Source of the DNA: a virus
Taxonomy: Duplodnaviria > Caudoviricetes
Virus record (IMG/VR): IMGVR_UViG_3300042258_000071
Span: 64,001 to 128,000 of that record
DNA length: 64,000 bases
Direction: 5' to 3' (one strand)
Shown here: positions 29,028 to 38,771 of the stretch, in pieces
Numbering within the stretch: the first letter of the stretch is position 1
How the letters are laid out: every line of letters begins with the position of its first letter
Program-made: the position numbers and the translations under genes
Notes under the pieces: model-generated
The model's database searches: none
The model's input: the letters and a program-made list of their open reading frames with translations, nothing else
Told to the model about the DNA's origin: nothing

Positions 29028-29507
29028 TTATTTACCTGACTCTTTAGGTTGCACATCTTTTGTGATAGGAACTTCCACTTCTTTGACAAACAAATCTTTA
29101 AACGTGTCACTTCTATAATAATCAAATAACTGATTACTCTGTTCGATATACCGAAGGATGTCTTGGTTGTAAGATCCTAAAAGAAGGTAATCTTTTTCAG
29201 TAAGACCATAATACACAAAAGGACCATTAGAGCTTAATATTAAAACACATTCACGTTGAGCATCTTCAGTGGTCGTAACTTTCTTACAAATGGTCTGGGG
29301 AGTAAGAACGGTAATGGTGTCAATGTGTCCTAAGTTTCGAATCGGAGTAGGCTTTGCAGGGTGAAAGACACTAATCGGTTGCGTGCGTTTCTCCACGACT
29401 AGCGGCTCTGATACTGTCGAGCACGCGATTAGTGGCAGCAGTAGCAAGACGACTGATGGCTTCAGGGTTTTGAAGAGCGATACGATCCAATCGCTCACGA
29501 TACTCAT
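29028..29507 (-). CDS. o-spanin (outer-membrane lipoprotein)
   Basis: Signal peptide with lipobox VLLLLPLIA-C, Pro-rich segment. Overlaps the 3' end of the i-spanin in another frame. Confidence 0.7.
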   Translation of the reverse strand: MSIVSDWIVSLFKTLKPSVVLLLLPLIACSTVSEPLVVEKRTQPISVFHPAKPTPIRNLGHIDTITVLTPQTICKKVTTTEDAQRECVLILSSNGPFVYYGLTEKDYLLLGSYNQDILRYIEQSNQLFDYYRSDTFKDLFVKEVEVPITKDVQPKESGK

Positions 29508-29835
29508 TGAGTTGAGCAATCTGATCATCACGTGACTCCTGTACGCGTTGATAGTCTTGCGTTAAGGTGTTATATTTTTGTTGTTCTAGTTCTCTAACTT
29601 GATCATACAACTTGATTTGCTGATTAAGTCCTCGAACTTCACCTTCTAAACGCACCATGTCACTTTGTTTAATACCTAGTTCTATATTTAAATTCTGATT
29701 TTCGCTATGGAGTATGGATATGGTCACACCTAGTCCAACGATCGTAAGAATGAGACCAACCACAATGAGAATTTTAACAGGACCTGGAATAAACGACATG
29801 GCTTTAGAGGCGATCGATGTTACCACACCAAACAT
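29371..29835 (-). CDS. i-spanin
   Basis: N-terminal TM helix (ILIVVGLILTIVGLGVTISIL) followed by a long coiled coil. Located in the lysis cassette. Confidence 0.7.
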   Translation of the reverse strand: MFGVVTSIASKAMSFIPGPVKILIVVGLILTIVGLGVTISILHSENQNLNIELGIKQSDMVRLEGEVRGLNQQIKLYDQVRELEQQKYNTLTQDYQRVQESRDDQIAQLNEYRERLDRIALQNPEAISRLATAATNRVLDSIRAASRGETHATD

Positions 29836-29840
29836 GTTAA

Positions 29841-30347
29841 TTATCCCTCTTCTTTTTTATCTTCTTGTTTTGAAAGAATTTGATCAAATATCTGAATCTT
29901 ATCATCCCAGACAGCATTAAAGACATAAGCTCCTAAAATAAGCGATAGGGCAAGGAGGGAATATGATGCAGATGCTTCTGCAACTGCCGTTTGACTTTTA
30001 GTATACAAAGGGAGAAATCCAAAGATCATCAAACTGCAAGTTACGATATACAAATACATTTTACGATAGAACCATTTTGTATGTTTTAAAAATTCAGGTT
30101 CTTCATAGGTGACTTTTTTTCTCTGAGAATCTGACACAACAGCGCCTGTTACATAGATCATAGTGTTTATAACCAACGCAGCGATCCCGGTTTTAACGGA
30201 CGATATAGCAGGGAGAGTATCTAAGTTAAAATATAGAGAATACAAGATGATCCCGATCATATAAAACGAAATAACAAACAGATAGATCCTCCGATCTCGC
30301 CATGTTGTTAAATCTTTATACGAGTTAGATTTACCTGTCGTTGTCAT
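29841..30347 (-). CDS. Putative holin (4 TM, internally duplicated)
   Basis: Four hydrophobic helices and a charged C-terminus, between the endolysin candidate and the spanins. Confidence 0.55.
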   Translation of the reverse strand: MTTTGKSNSYKDLTTWRDRRIYLFVISFYMIGIILYSLYFNLDTLPAISSVKTGIAALVINTMIYVTGAVVSDSQRKKVTYEEPEFLKHTKWFYRKMYLYIVTCSLMIFGFLPLYTKSQTAVAEASASYSLLALSLILGAYVFNAVWDDKIQIFDQILSKQEDKKEEG

Positions 30348-30900
30348 AGAAGGATATTGTTAGATCGCCAGCTTGCGCTGCAGCGATCACTTTCTTATAC
30401 AATCTTTCGTATGCAATGGCAGAGCTGCCAATAGACATATTTTGTGCATTGGCAGATGTTCCAACTAAGAGACACCCATTTGTATTACGATCAAAGTTTC
30501 CAACATGAATCAAAATATCTGTGAATCCTGGGACGCCTTTAATTTCAAGCATCCCTTGGTGGAAGTCTTTAAAACGAGAATCTTCCGAATATCGACTGTG
30601 GAACCCCCCAAATGTACGAACAATAACTTTGTAGGTACCTGCCGGGATACGCGTTTCACCAAAGACTTTCTGTTTAAGAGGTCGATACTCATCTTCAAGA
30701 CCATAACATTCAAATTTTTTGTCGATACTTATACGAGATAGCGTGGCATTAGGGTTTCCAAGATAACGGTCAACTTCTAAATGCATGGAGGACTCCTTTG
30801 GGAGATGGTGTGGAGACACAGTAATGTGTGGGGTAGGTGGGGTTTTAGGAGAACGAGTGAAGATATTTATTAAGAATTTAAGTACAGATTTCACACACAT
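30331..30900 (-). CDS. DUF5675-type (YkuD/L,D-peptidase-like) putative endolysin
   Basis: T-LED...K-GETRIPAGTY...GML-I--VPGF--ILIHVGN----TNGCLLVG. First gene of the lysis cassette. Confidence 0.7.
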   Translation of the reverse strand: MCVKSVLKFLINIFTRSPKTPPTPHITVSPHHLPKESSMHLEVDRYLGNPNATLSRISIDKKFECYGLEDEYRPLKQKVFGETRIPAGTYKVIVRTFGGFHSRYSEDSRFKDFHQGMLEIKGVPGFTDILIHVGNFDRNTNGCLLVGTSANAQNMSIGSSAIAYERLYKKVIAAAQAGDLTISFYDNDR

Positions 30901-31033
30901 TTCTCCTTAATAAAAGTCAGTTAAATCTTATGACAAGAGGGTAGAGAAACGTATACATCCAATTGATATGTCAAAAGAGGCTACATAAGCCACTCCTTCG
31001 TCCCCATAGTATTTTCCTAAGGACATTCCCAAC

Positions 31034-32071
31034 ATGGTTGTTAGTACAGATTTCAATCGCATGATTGATTCGATGAGTCTTACGTCTTCTGAGGTCCGTA
31101 AATTCTTAGATAACGGAATGGTCACGCTACATGTCGATGAGGATAATGTTACACCAGAAACAACTTTCAACACCTGTGTAACGCGCTTCATTGGTGATCT
31201 TGAAAACTACGGTATTTCAATCACGCTTCCCTTAGAGGACATTTTCTTAAATTGGAGACGTATTGATAGATTCTTTAAATTTACAACATACCTTCTTCCT
31301 GAAGGGTTAGGGTTCAAGTTAACCTCAGATGACACATTTTATCATCAAGTTCTCATGATCTTAAATGGGTCATATGGGGAAGAAGGGGATGTCTTTACAC
31401 AATACCTTAACCTCCTTAAAGAAGTTGAAGGAGGTCGATATGAAGGGATCGTTGAAGACCTTCTCGGAAATATCTATGCCTCCCCTATTTTTACCATATA
31501 CCTTAATAACATTTTTAAATATGTCACCGATACAAAATCTAAAGAAGTCTCAGAAGAGCAACTAACTCTTGTACGTGAGTACATTAAAGAACTGTCCTCA
31601 ACCATGTTCTTTACGTTAGATACCCTAGATGTGCAACTTAATCTAGGAGTCTCATTAGAAAAGATTGATAAGCGCATTACAATTTACTGTCAGCAACTTC
31701 GAAATATTGATCATATCGTAAAATTAGCTTGGCTCATAGACTTTCAAAAAAGGAAGGCTCAAAAGAAGAATATTTTATATGAAGAAATTATGCTAGAGAC
31801 CATTTACACGAGAACCATTTTAAATTCAACCAAATTAAATCCTGAACATTGGAAATACCTAGATGTAAAACCTGATGTAGCTGATATATTTGGCATGTTA
31901 GCATGGCGATATGCAAGTTCTAAAATAGCTAGAAAAGACGTCATTCTTAAAGAATGTTTTATGTCGATGGATCTCGATGTCTTACCACGAGATCAGTATT
32001 TTAAAATGGAAATGATGGTTAAGAAATTTGATGGGAGAGTATCACAGATGGATAATAAGGCTTTAACCTAA
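31034..32071 (+). CDS. Hypothetical/virion protein upstream of the vRNAP subunit (phiKZ gp79-like position)
   Basis: 345 aa with RBS AAGGA. Coupled (TAATG) to the RNAP gene. Confidence 0.5.
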   Translation: MVVSTDFNRMIDSMSLTSSEVRKFLDNGMVTLHVDEDNVTPETTFNTCVTRFIGDLENYGISITLPLEDIFLNWRRIDRFFKFTTYLLPEGLGFKLTSDDTFYHQVLMILNGSYGEEGDVFTQYLNLLKEVEGGRYEGIVEDLLGNIYASPIFTIYLNNIFKYVTDTKSKEVSEEQLTLVREYIKELSSTMFFTLDTLDVQLNLGVSLEKIDKRITIYCQQLRNIDHIVKLAWLIDFQKRKAQKKNILYEEIMLETIYTRTILNSTKLNPEHWKYLDVKPDVADIFGMLAWRYASSKIARKDVILKECFMSMDLDVLPRDQYFKMEMMVKKFDGRVSQMDNKALT

Positions 32072-33414
32072 TGGAAGCATTCATTCCCTATTTTTTAGAT
32101 AATCTACATCTGCTCTTTAAACGAGACTATCTCTTAGACCTTTTTACGATCCCAGATCGTGTGATAAGTCAAGATGGCACAACACTCATAACACAATCTC
32201 CTATGTATGTGGGAAAACTTGTAGTCTTCAATGAAACGCTCCATGCCATTATAGATTATCAACCCATAGACCTTGACGATCACCTGTATCAAGTAAATCT
32301 ATCCTCCCTAAATGTTCCAGATCCTAAAACAAAACCAATCTTCTCCTTTAGAGATAAAGTGCTTGTTGAAAAACACAAACTTTCCACATACACAGATGAC
32401 ACCCCTCTCGTATCTACAGTTGGACTGGTTATCTGGAATTACATTGCCCTAGCAGCCCCATTTGGGGAGGTTATGCCATATATTAACACGTCGTGGAATC
32501 GTAAAGTTATCGAAGATCTCCTTGCACATGCGGTGATAACCGAGACCATCTCAACTGATCAACTTATGACATGCATGAAGAATGTATACTACTTAGGACA
32601 TTTCACAGAATTAGGTATTGTTGCCTTTACAAAAAAATCTCTTACAACGGATCCTGAGATCCCAAAGAGACGGGAACAACTCTTACGAGAAAACCGTGAC
32701 GCCCTTCTTGCTGGAGATGCGGTCGTCATGAACAAGATTGAACAAGAACTTATCAACATGGATAAGGAGTGGGTTAAAGACGACCCTGTCATGTTGTTCT
32801 ATGCTAAGAATATGGGTAAGGTCTTTAATATTCAACGTAAGAAACTCTTTGCCACAGGGGGTATGACTGAGAAGTTCGGGGATAAAGGGAACTTCGATTT
32901 TGTACCCTCATCCTTGTCAGAAGGATGGGATCCTGAATATTTTGATGTTCAAGCTTCTGAGATCCGTTCAGGGTCATACTCTCGTGCAAAAGAGACCGCT
33001 ATCGGTGGTGAGGATATTAAGTTTATTCTTCGTGTTTTCCAAAATAGTCGTATTCTAGAAGAAGATTGCGAAACAACTCAATACCTCCCGGTTCATATTA
33101 CTCAAATTAATCATAAATTTTTTATGTATCGGTATATGAAAACATCTGGAAATAATCTAAAGGAACTTACAGAGGACAATATTAAATCCTTTATTGGGAA
33201 GACTATCTTGATCAGATCCCCTATGAAGTGTAAAACGGATGGGGGGTACTGCCGTACCTGTATGGGTAAAATCTTCTCAGTTCTAGATCAGAAACAGTTA
33301 GACCTTAGAGCTAATATTCTAGGAAGGTACTTCATTACGAGTTCTTTAAAGGCATTCCATGGTTCAAGCTATAGTACATTTGAAATATCCAACCTGAATG
33401 ACTTTATGTTTTAA
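32071..33414 (+). CDS. Virion RNA polymerase beta'-like middle subunit (phiKZ gp80-like)
   Basis: SLSEGW...RSGSYSRAKETAIGG, EEDC-T, IRSPMKCKT-GGYCRTCMG (beta' Zn site), LKAFHG. Confidence 0.85.
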   Translation: MEAFIPYFLDNLHLLFKRDYLLDLFTIPDRVISQDGTTLITQSPMYVGKLVVFNETLHAIIDYQPIDLDDHLYQVNLSSLNVPDPKTKPIFSFRDKVLVEKHKLSTYTDDTPLVSTVGLVIWNYIALAAPFGEVMPYINTSWNRKVIEDLLAHAVITETISTDQLMTCMKNVYYLGHFTELGIVAFTKKSLTTDPEIPKRREQLLRENRDALLAGDAVVMNKIEQELINMDKEWVKDDPVMLFYAKNMGKVFNIQRKKLFATGGMTEKFGDKGNFDFVPSSLSEGWDPEYFDVQASEIRSGSYSRAKETAIGGEDIKFILRVFQNSRILEEDCETTQYLPVHITQINHKFFMYRYMKTSGNNLKELTEDNIKSFIGKTILIRSPMKCKTDGGYCRTCMGKIFSVLDQKQLDLRANILGRYFITSSLKAFHGSSYSTFEISNLNDFMF

Positions 33415-33420
33415 AACATC

Positions 33421-33452
33421 CAGTAGGAGTGGGGATTTCCCCACTCCTACTG
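33421..33452. terminator. Intergenic palindrome / terminator
   Basis: CAGTAGGAGTGGGGA-TT-TCCCCACTCCTACTG. Confidence 0.75.
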
Positions 33453-33476
33453 AGCATATATTTTTTAATCAATGAA

Positions 33477-33486
33477 TATACATTAT
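33477..33486 (+). promoter_or_regulatory. Early-type promoter motif variant TATACATTAT
   Basis: Between a palindrome and the HNH gene. Confidence 0.4.
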
Positions 33487-33511
33487 ATAGTCAATGATTG
33501 AGAGGATTAGA

Positions 33512-34727
33512 TATGATTGATATCAATATGGGTCAACTTAAGATGGTAATGACCCTTAAGAAATTACCAGAACCTTACAACGTCTTTGAGTCTGCAACTG
33601 TATATCTAAATACTCATCGGAAGCGAAGAGTTATTATTTTAAAAGGAAAGAATACTGCAAAAATATGGAAGGAAACAGGATTGGCATATCGAACTACTTA
33701 TGCACGTTTTCTTTATCAAATTGATTACTGGTCTAAGTATAAAAAATTAATACCCAACGGAATGGAAGTAGACCATATTGATGACAATTCTTTAAATGAT
33801 ACACTTTCCAATTATCAATTGTTAACTACTTTTGAGAATGCTCAAAAACGAGATTTCAACAATCGTAAATACACCGAAGTATCTAAAGAACTTCTCTCTA
33901 AAATTAAGCACCTTCTTGATAAGAAGATAAGTTATGTTAAGATATCACAAAAATGCGACATCTCTCCAGGTAAGTTAAAATACATTTTAAATACTCATTT
34001 TGGATATTCTTTTCCTGAGAAGTTTAAAGGTTTCGATGATGAGAAAATTAAGAAAATGCTCAAAGAAGGAAAGTCTCATAATGAGATTGGATTTGAATTA
34101 GGAATAAGTTATTCCTCGGTTCGAAGACATATCAAAGATAAACTCCCTCCAGAGTATCACGACATGGTAGGGGGTCGTAATCGTAAAGAGGTTCTAAAAG
34201 AGATTGAGTCGCTTCTTAAGTCTGGTGAAACTAGTAATTCCGTTATTGGGAAGAAAGTTGGATATACAGATAGTAATGTCTGTATTATTATTCAAAAAGA
34301 ATTCCCTGAGTATTATAAACAAATAAAAGAAAAGGAACAGGACGATCGATCTTCTATTATCACAGCTCTTAAGTCTAAATTAGATGAATATGGGATTATG
34401 GCTAACCTAACTCAAGTTAGTAAAGATTTAAATTTAACACAACAAGTTGTACATTCTTTAGTTGAGAAGTATATTCCTGAATATTCGTTTTATGAACTTC
34501 AGAAGCGTCGTATGAAATATGTTGTAGAATTGTTTCATAAAGATGCGACTCAGAGAATATCGTATTATGTTAAAAAGTCAAAATTAGGTATAGCAACATT
34601 CTTAAAAGCACTTAGTGAAGATTGTGGATATATCAATCCTACTGGAGTACGATTCATTGAAGTTAGAGATTGCTGGTTAAGATCTAAGTTTAAAGGGGCA
34701 CTATTATCTCAGAAGGTTTTAGGGTAA
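33512..34727 (+). CDS. Free-standing HNH homing endonuclease with tandem HTH modules
   Basis: YARFLY...MEVDHIDDNSLNDTLSNYQLLT--EN--K (HNH), then several HTH-like repeats (SYVKISQKCDIS, SHNEIGFELGISYSSVRRH, SNSVIGKKVG, NLTQVSKDLNLT). Start codon uncertain. Confidence 0.8.
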
Positions 34728-34729
34728 AT

Positions 34730-34755
34730 AGGGAGATGGGTTAACCCATCTCCCT
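34730..34755. terminator. Intergenic palindrome / terminator
   Basis: AGGGAGATGGGTT|AACCCATCTCCCT. Confidence 0.75.
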
Positions 34756-34803
34756 GTCTATTTTATGATTTATTTTTGAATCTTAAATTAAGGACCATTT
34801 TAG

Positions 34804-36855
34804 ATGTTTGAAAGTTTATATCGGTATATTGGGGTTATAAGTGTTAAAGATGTTCCTGAAGGTGTTCAGATCTCAGGTCTCCCAATAAAAACGTTTTATC
34901 CTGATATTGTAAAAGCGTGGGGAGGGACATCAGTTCCTGTTAAGTACATGCTTACCTCTAAGGGATCAAGTTCTTTTACCATCCCTAATTTCTATTTACC
35001 AGACTTTATCCATACTCTTGACATTCTTATCAACTGGGATTATCGTAAAAGACTTTATACGAAACATAATGCTTTTGTAAAGTTAAAAGACGAACTCATT
35101 AAGAAAACTTGGCTGAATAAGACACAAGTGCCTTCACCCTCTATTTTGAATTTTCAGAAGTTATCGAATTTAAGATGGTCTCCACTTTCTCACCAGAATG
35201 ATTATTTAAAAGAGTTTGATAACGTTGTTCCGGCTTATAACTTAAAAGGTCTTCTTCTTTCTGCAGAGCCAGGTTCTGGTAAAACATTTACATTTATGAT
35301 GTTAGCAGAAGCCTTAGAGCGTAAGGTAAAGATATGTATTGTCCCTCAGAATTCTGTAAAGAAAGTATGGGAAGATACAGTTCTTAAAGTTTATAAGAAC
35401 CCTCAAAAATACTGGCATTCACTATCTGGAGATCCCCTAATTTTAGGGAAGGATTATTATATTCTTCACTATGAATATCTTCCTAAGTTCTTAGAGTTTG
35501 TTAAAACCAATTTACAATTTTTCAGAAATCGCCCTATCATTAGTGTCGATGAGTGTCATAATTTTAATGAGATCAAATCTCTAAGGACACAACATCTTGT
35601 TACTCTACATAAACTTCTTTGGAATGACATGTACACCTGCTTCATGAGCGGGAGTCCCATTAAAGCGATGGGACGTGAGATTATACCATTCTTAAAATGT
35701 AGCGACCCTTATTTTGATACTGTATCTGAAGATAAGTTTGTTAAGATATTTGGATTGAGTTCTGTTCGTGCATTAGAAATCCTGTCTGCCCGTATTGCGC
35801 GCATCACCTTTAAAGTGGATGAAAGTGTGGTCACTGGAGATAAGCCACCCATTTTAAAAGAACTCCATGTTAAATTACCAGTGAGTGATAAATATCTCCT
35901 CTCCACCATACGTCAAGATGTTGGAGTATACGTTGAAGAACGATCTGCGTATTATCGGGAATACATGGACGATATGATCTCGCGATATGGAGAAATTCTA
36001 GATCTATTTGAAGCAACCCTAACAACTGATCGAGAAAAAGAGGATTATCAGAAATATCGAGCATATGCTAATCTTATACGGTATCATTACGACATGATAC
36101 TTCATAAAGCAGAAGCAGCCTACTGCTCCCAATATGAAGAGCGTATTATTATCCCAACATTAAATTCTAATGATAAAAAAGAATTCCGGAAGATCAAAGG
36201 GGTTTACAAATATGTGAACCTTGTTATCATTGGGGAAGCACTTGGAAACATTGTTGGGAAGAGACGTCAGGAATGTTTTACCGAGATTGCCAATCATGCT
36301 GACATTGTACCCATCATATCTGAAGCAGCTAAAAAGACAGTATGTTTCACGGAATACATAGAGACTCTTAAAATCCTTAATCAGAGACTTCTTAAAGAAG
36401 GGTATAAAACTGAAATGGTGTATGGGGATACGAACAAGGATGTTGATAAGATCGTAGATAGATTTACACAAGATCCTACAATGAATCCTTTATGTGCAAC
36501 ATTTAAGTCGCTTTCTACAGCAGTTCCTATTCTCGCCGCTAATACTGTTATTTTTATGAACTCACCCTTTAGACATCACATTCGAAAACAGGCTATTGCC
36601 CGCGTTGCGAGATTAGGTCAGACCGAACAAACTTACGTTTATGACGTCATATTAGACACTGGAGGTGAACCTAATATTTCGACACGTTCGATGGACATCG
36701 CAGAGTGGTCTAAAGATATGGTTGACGTTATGTTCGGGGGCGCTAAGCTTGACACCCATGAAGAAGAGCTTGTACTTGGTATGGTGACAGGTAACCTGAA
36801 ATATAAAACAGCTCTTAGCAAACTCACTTCTCGTGTTATATCTTTCTTTAAATGA
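34804..36855 (+). CDS. SF2 (SNF2-like) DExH helicase
   Basis: EPGSGKT (Walker A), VDECHNF, MSGSP, SLSTAVP, QAIARVARLGQ. Confidence 0.85.
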   Translation: MFESLYRYIGVISVKDVPEGVQISGLPIKTFYPDIVKAWGGTSVPVKYMLTSKGSSSFTIPNFYLPDFIHTLDILINWDYRKRLYTKHNAFVKLKDELIKKTWLNKTQVPSPSILNFQKLSNLRWSPLSHQNDYLKEFDNVVPAYNLKGLLLSAEPGSGKTFTFMMLAEALERKVKICIVPQNSVKKVWEDTVLKVYKNPQKYWHSLSGDPLILGKDYYILHYEYLPKFLEFVKTNLQFFRNRPIISVDECHNFNEIKSLRTQHLVTLHKLLWNDMYTCFMSGSPIKAMGREIIPFLKCSDPYFDTVSEDKFVKIFGLSSVRALEILSARIARITFKVDESVVTGDKPPILKELHVKLPVSDKYLLSTIRQDVGVYVEERSAYYREYMDDMISRYGEILDLFEATLTTDREKEDYQKYRAYANLIRYHYDMILHKAEAAYCSQYEERIIIPTLNSNDKKEFRKIKGVYKYVNLVIIGEALGNIVGKRRQECFTEIANHADIVPIISEAAKKTVCFTEYIETLKILNQRLLKEGYKTEMVYGDTNKDVDKIVDRFTQDPTMNPLCATFKSLSTAVPILAANTVIFMNSPFRHHIRKQAIARVARLGQTEQTYVYDVILDTGGEPNISTRSMDIAEWSKDMVDVMFGGAKLDTHEEELVLGMVTGNLKYKTALSKLTSRVISFFK

Positions 36856-36869
36856 TTCAAAATAGGATG

Positions 36870-36899
36870 GAGAGAAGGGTGATTAATCACCCTTCTCTC
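36870..36899. terminator. Intergenic palindrome / terminator
   Basis: GAGAGAAGGGTGATT|AATCACCCTTCTCTC. Confidence 0.75.
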
Positions 36900-36958
36900 T
36901 ATTATCTTTCTATATATCTCCCCTATGAAATAGATCAATCTGATGGGACAGGATTTAG

Positions 36959-37432
36959 ATGAAAACCATTACCATTCGCCCCGCTCATCCATTTTTTGGG
37001 TATTATAGGGGTGTCATTTATAGTGACCATGAAGGTCAGAAAGTTATAGATCTCATCCCTCCAAGAAGTACCTCTAAAAATAAAAGACAAGTGAAGCAAA
37101 AGACTATTCCATATTTTCACTATGTTGCACAATGCTTCATATATAAGTCTTGTGGGTATATCTTAAGTCCTGATGATCTCATTTTTATTAAGAATGGTGA
37201 CATTGCAGATCATAGACCTGGCAATCTTATTGGCTTAAGGCATTATCGTAATGCCCTTAAGTCGTCAACCCCGTATCTGTCACATAGTCCAGATGTGTTA
37301 GTAACTTATGATCTTGAAGATACAGGATCTTTTACGTATAATGAGAAATTAGCTAATTTGAGTATTCTACCAGATACCCTTAAGTGTAATAGGGGTCTAC
37401 TTATTCCAGTTTTGGCTGAAAATTATCTCTAA
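36959..37432 (+). CDS. Degenerate HNH-like protein
   Basis: The N-terminal ~90 aa is collinear with the HNH domain of 33512-34727, but the catalytic residues are replaced. Confidence 0.45.
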   Translation: MKTITIRPAHPFFGYYRGVIYSDHEGQKVIDLIPPRSTSKNKRQVKQKTIPYFHYVAQCFIYKSCGYILSPDDLIFIKNGDIADHRPGNLIGLRHYRNALKSSTPYLSHSPDVLVTYDLEDTGSFTYNEKLANLSILPDTLKCNRGLLIPVLAENYL

Positions 37433-37490
37433 TCCTATAGGTGTAAAAGTGTCTTTCTGGCACCTATTTCGAGATAAAGGATATCGGGTA

Positions 37491-38228
37491 ATGACTAAAC
37501 GAAAAAGGGCGAAACCAATGACGCACTCTGAAAACACGACCTCCGTTAAGAAGACTGAAGACGACACTGTGAAGACCTCTGAAGTTAAGGCATCTCTTCC
37601 TGATCAGGATACTCTAGCAGAAGAAGTATATAAACACGCTGATACGGAAGAGTTCTCTGAGGAAACTCAGGATGTCAGTGATAACTCATCAGACTCTGGA
37701 GATGAGACTGAACCTGTCAAGATCGACGAGGATCCGGTTGATATGAAATTCCAGGTTCCTGTATCGTCGGCAGAGTCCTCAACTGAAGCGCCTACTGAGG
37801 AACCCCGGATTCTTAAGATTCGTGCGGAGCTCAGCCGATATAAAGAATTGATGGGTCGTCTCGTTATCTCGAATCCCAAAGATTTGCAGGCTGGCGCTAA
37901 ATCTCTAAGTTATCTCCTTCATCTACCTATCATCACAAAAGATCCTGAACTTCGCAAGAAAATGATTGAAGAACTTCTCAAGTTCTTTATTGCTGAAAAG
38001 GATGGTCTTGCAAAGGAGAATTCCCTGTTCAGGGGGTTTGATGCTCTTGAAAAAGATGTCACGCAGCGTGCATCTATGATTGCAACCATCTTTCGCATGA
38101 AAACGACCGGGCGTAGTAACGAAGCTATTAATGAAAAGTTTTTTATCACCTCCTTTAAGAAGGTTACTAATGCCGATCCTGTTGGGTTTCTACAATACTT
38201 TGAACTCCGCAGGAAGGGTATGAAATAA
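37491..38228 (+). CDS. Hypothetical protein (acidic disordered N-terminus, helical C-domain)
   Basis: ATG after AAAGGA. Ends at a palindrome. Confidence 0.55.
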   Translation: MTKRKRAKPMTHSENTTSVKKTEDDTVKTSEVKASLPDQDTLAEEVYKHADTEEFSEETQDVSDNSSDSGDETEPVKIDEDPVDMKFQVPVSSAESSTEAPTEEPRILKIRAELSRYKELMGRLVISNPKDLQAGAKSLSYLLHLPIITKDPELRKKMIEELLKFFIAEKDGLAKENSLFRGFDALEKDVTQRASMIATIFRMKTTGRSNEAINEKFFITSFKKVTNADPVGFLQYFELRRKGMK

Positions 38229-38250
38229 CCCCTACATACACATACGAAAT

Positions 38251-38285
38251 AGATAAGAGAGGGGCATTTTGCCCCTCTCTTATCT
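38251..38285. terminator. Palindrome between convergent genes
   Basis: AGATAAGAGAGGGGCA-TTT-TGCCCCTCTCTTATCT. Confidence 0.8.
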
Positions 38286-38297
38286 TTCTATGTTTTA

Positions 38298-38771
38298 TCA
38301 TCCGAGGTGATACGGATCTTCTCGAAGTTCTGTATCTTTAATAGGGTCATCGGATCCATCAATTTCAGATTCGAGATCAACCATCATTCTGTCAGATTCA
38401 TCTTTGAAAGTTGTGGTCATCCGCTCGATCGGGGATCGTGCAAGCATTTCAGTGACGATCTCTGCCATACTTTGTGCAGTGTCTGTATCTTTCTTCTTAA
38501 GTTTAAGAGATGCTCGTTTGAACTCAGCAGCTTCAGCATCTTTGACAAGTGCGAGTGCCGTGTTCACAGCAGATAATCGACCACTAGCATCTGCGAGTCC
38601 TTCAGGTTTTTTAGTGAAGTCTGTTGCATTAATAAGATCAGTTACTTTATTGAGAAGGAACCGTCGAACATCTTGAGATTCATCAACAACATTATCATGT
38701 CTCTGAAGATCTTCATCAAGAGATGTAAAAGCGATCGCTCTCACAGCCGATTCTGTTGGCATAATGGTCAT
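38298..38771 (-). CDS. Hypothetical helical protein
   Basis: 157 aa with RBS GGAGG. Confidence 0.6.
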   Translation of the reverse strand: MTIMPTESAVRAIAFTSLDEDLQRHDNVVDESQDVRRFLLNKVTDLINATDFTKKPEGLADASGRLSAVNTALALVKDAEAAEFKRASLKLKKKDTDTAQSMAEIVTEMLARSPIERMTTTFKDESDRMMVDLESEIDGSDDPIKDTELREDPYHLG

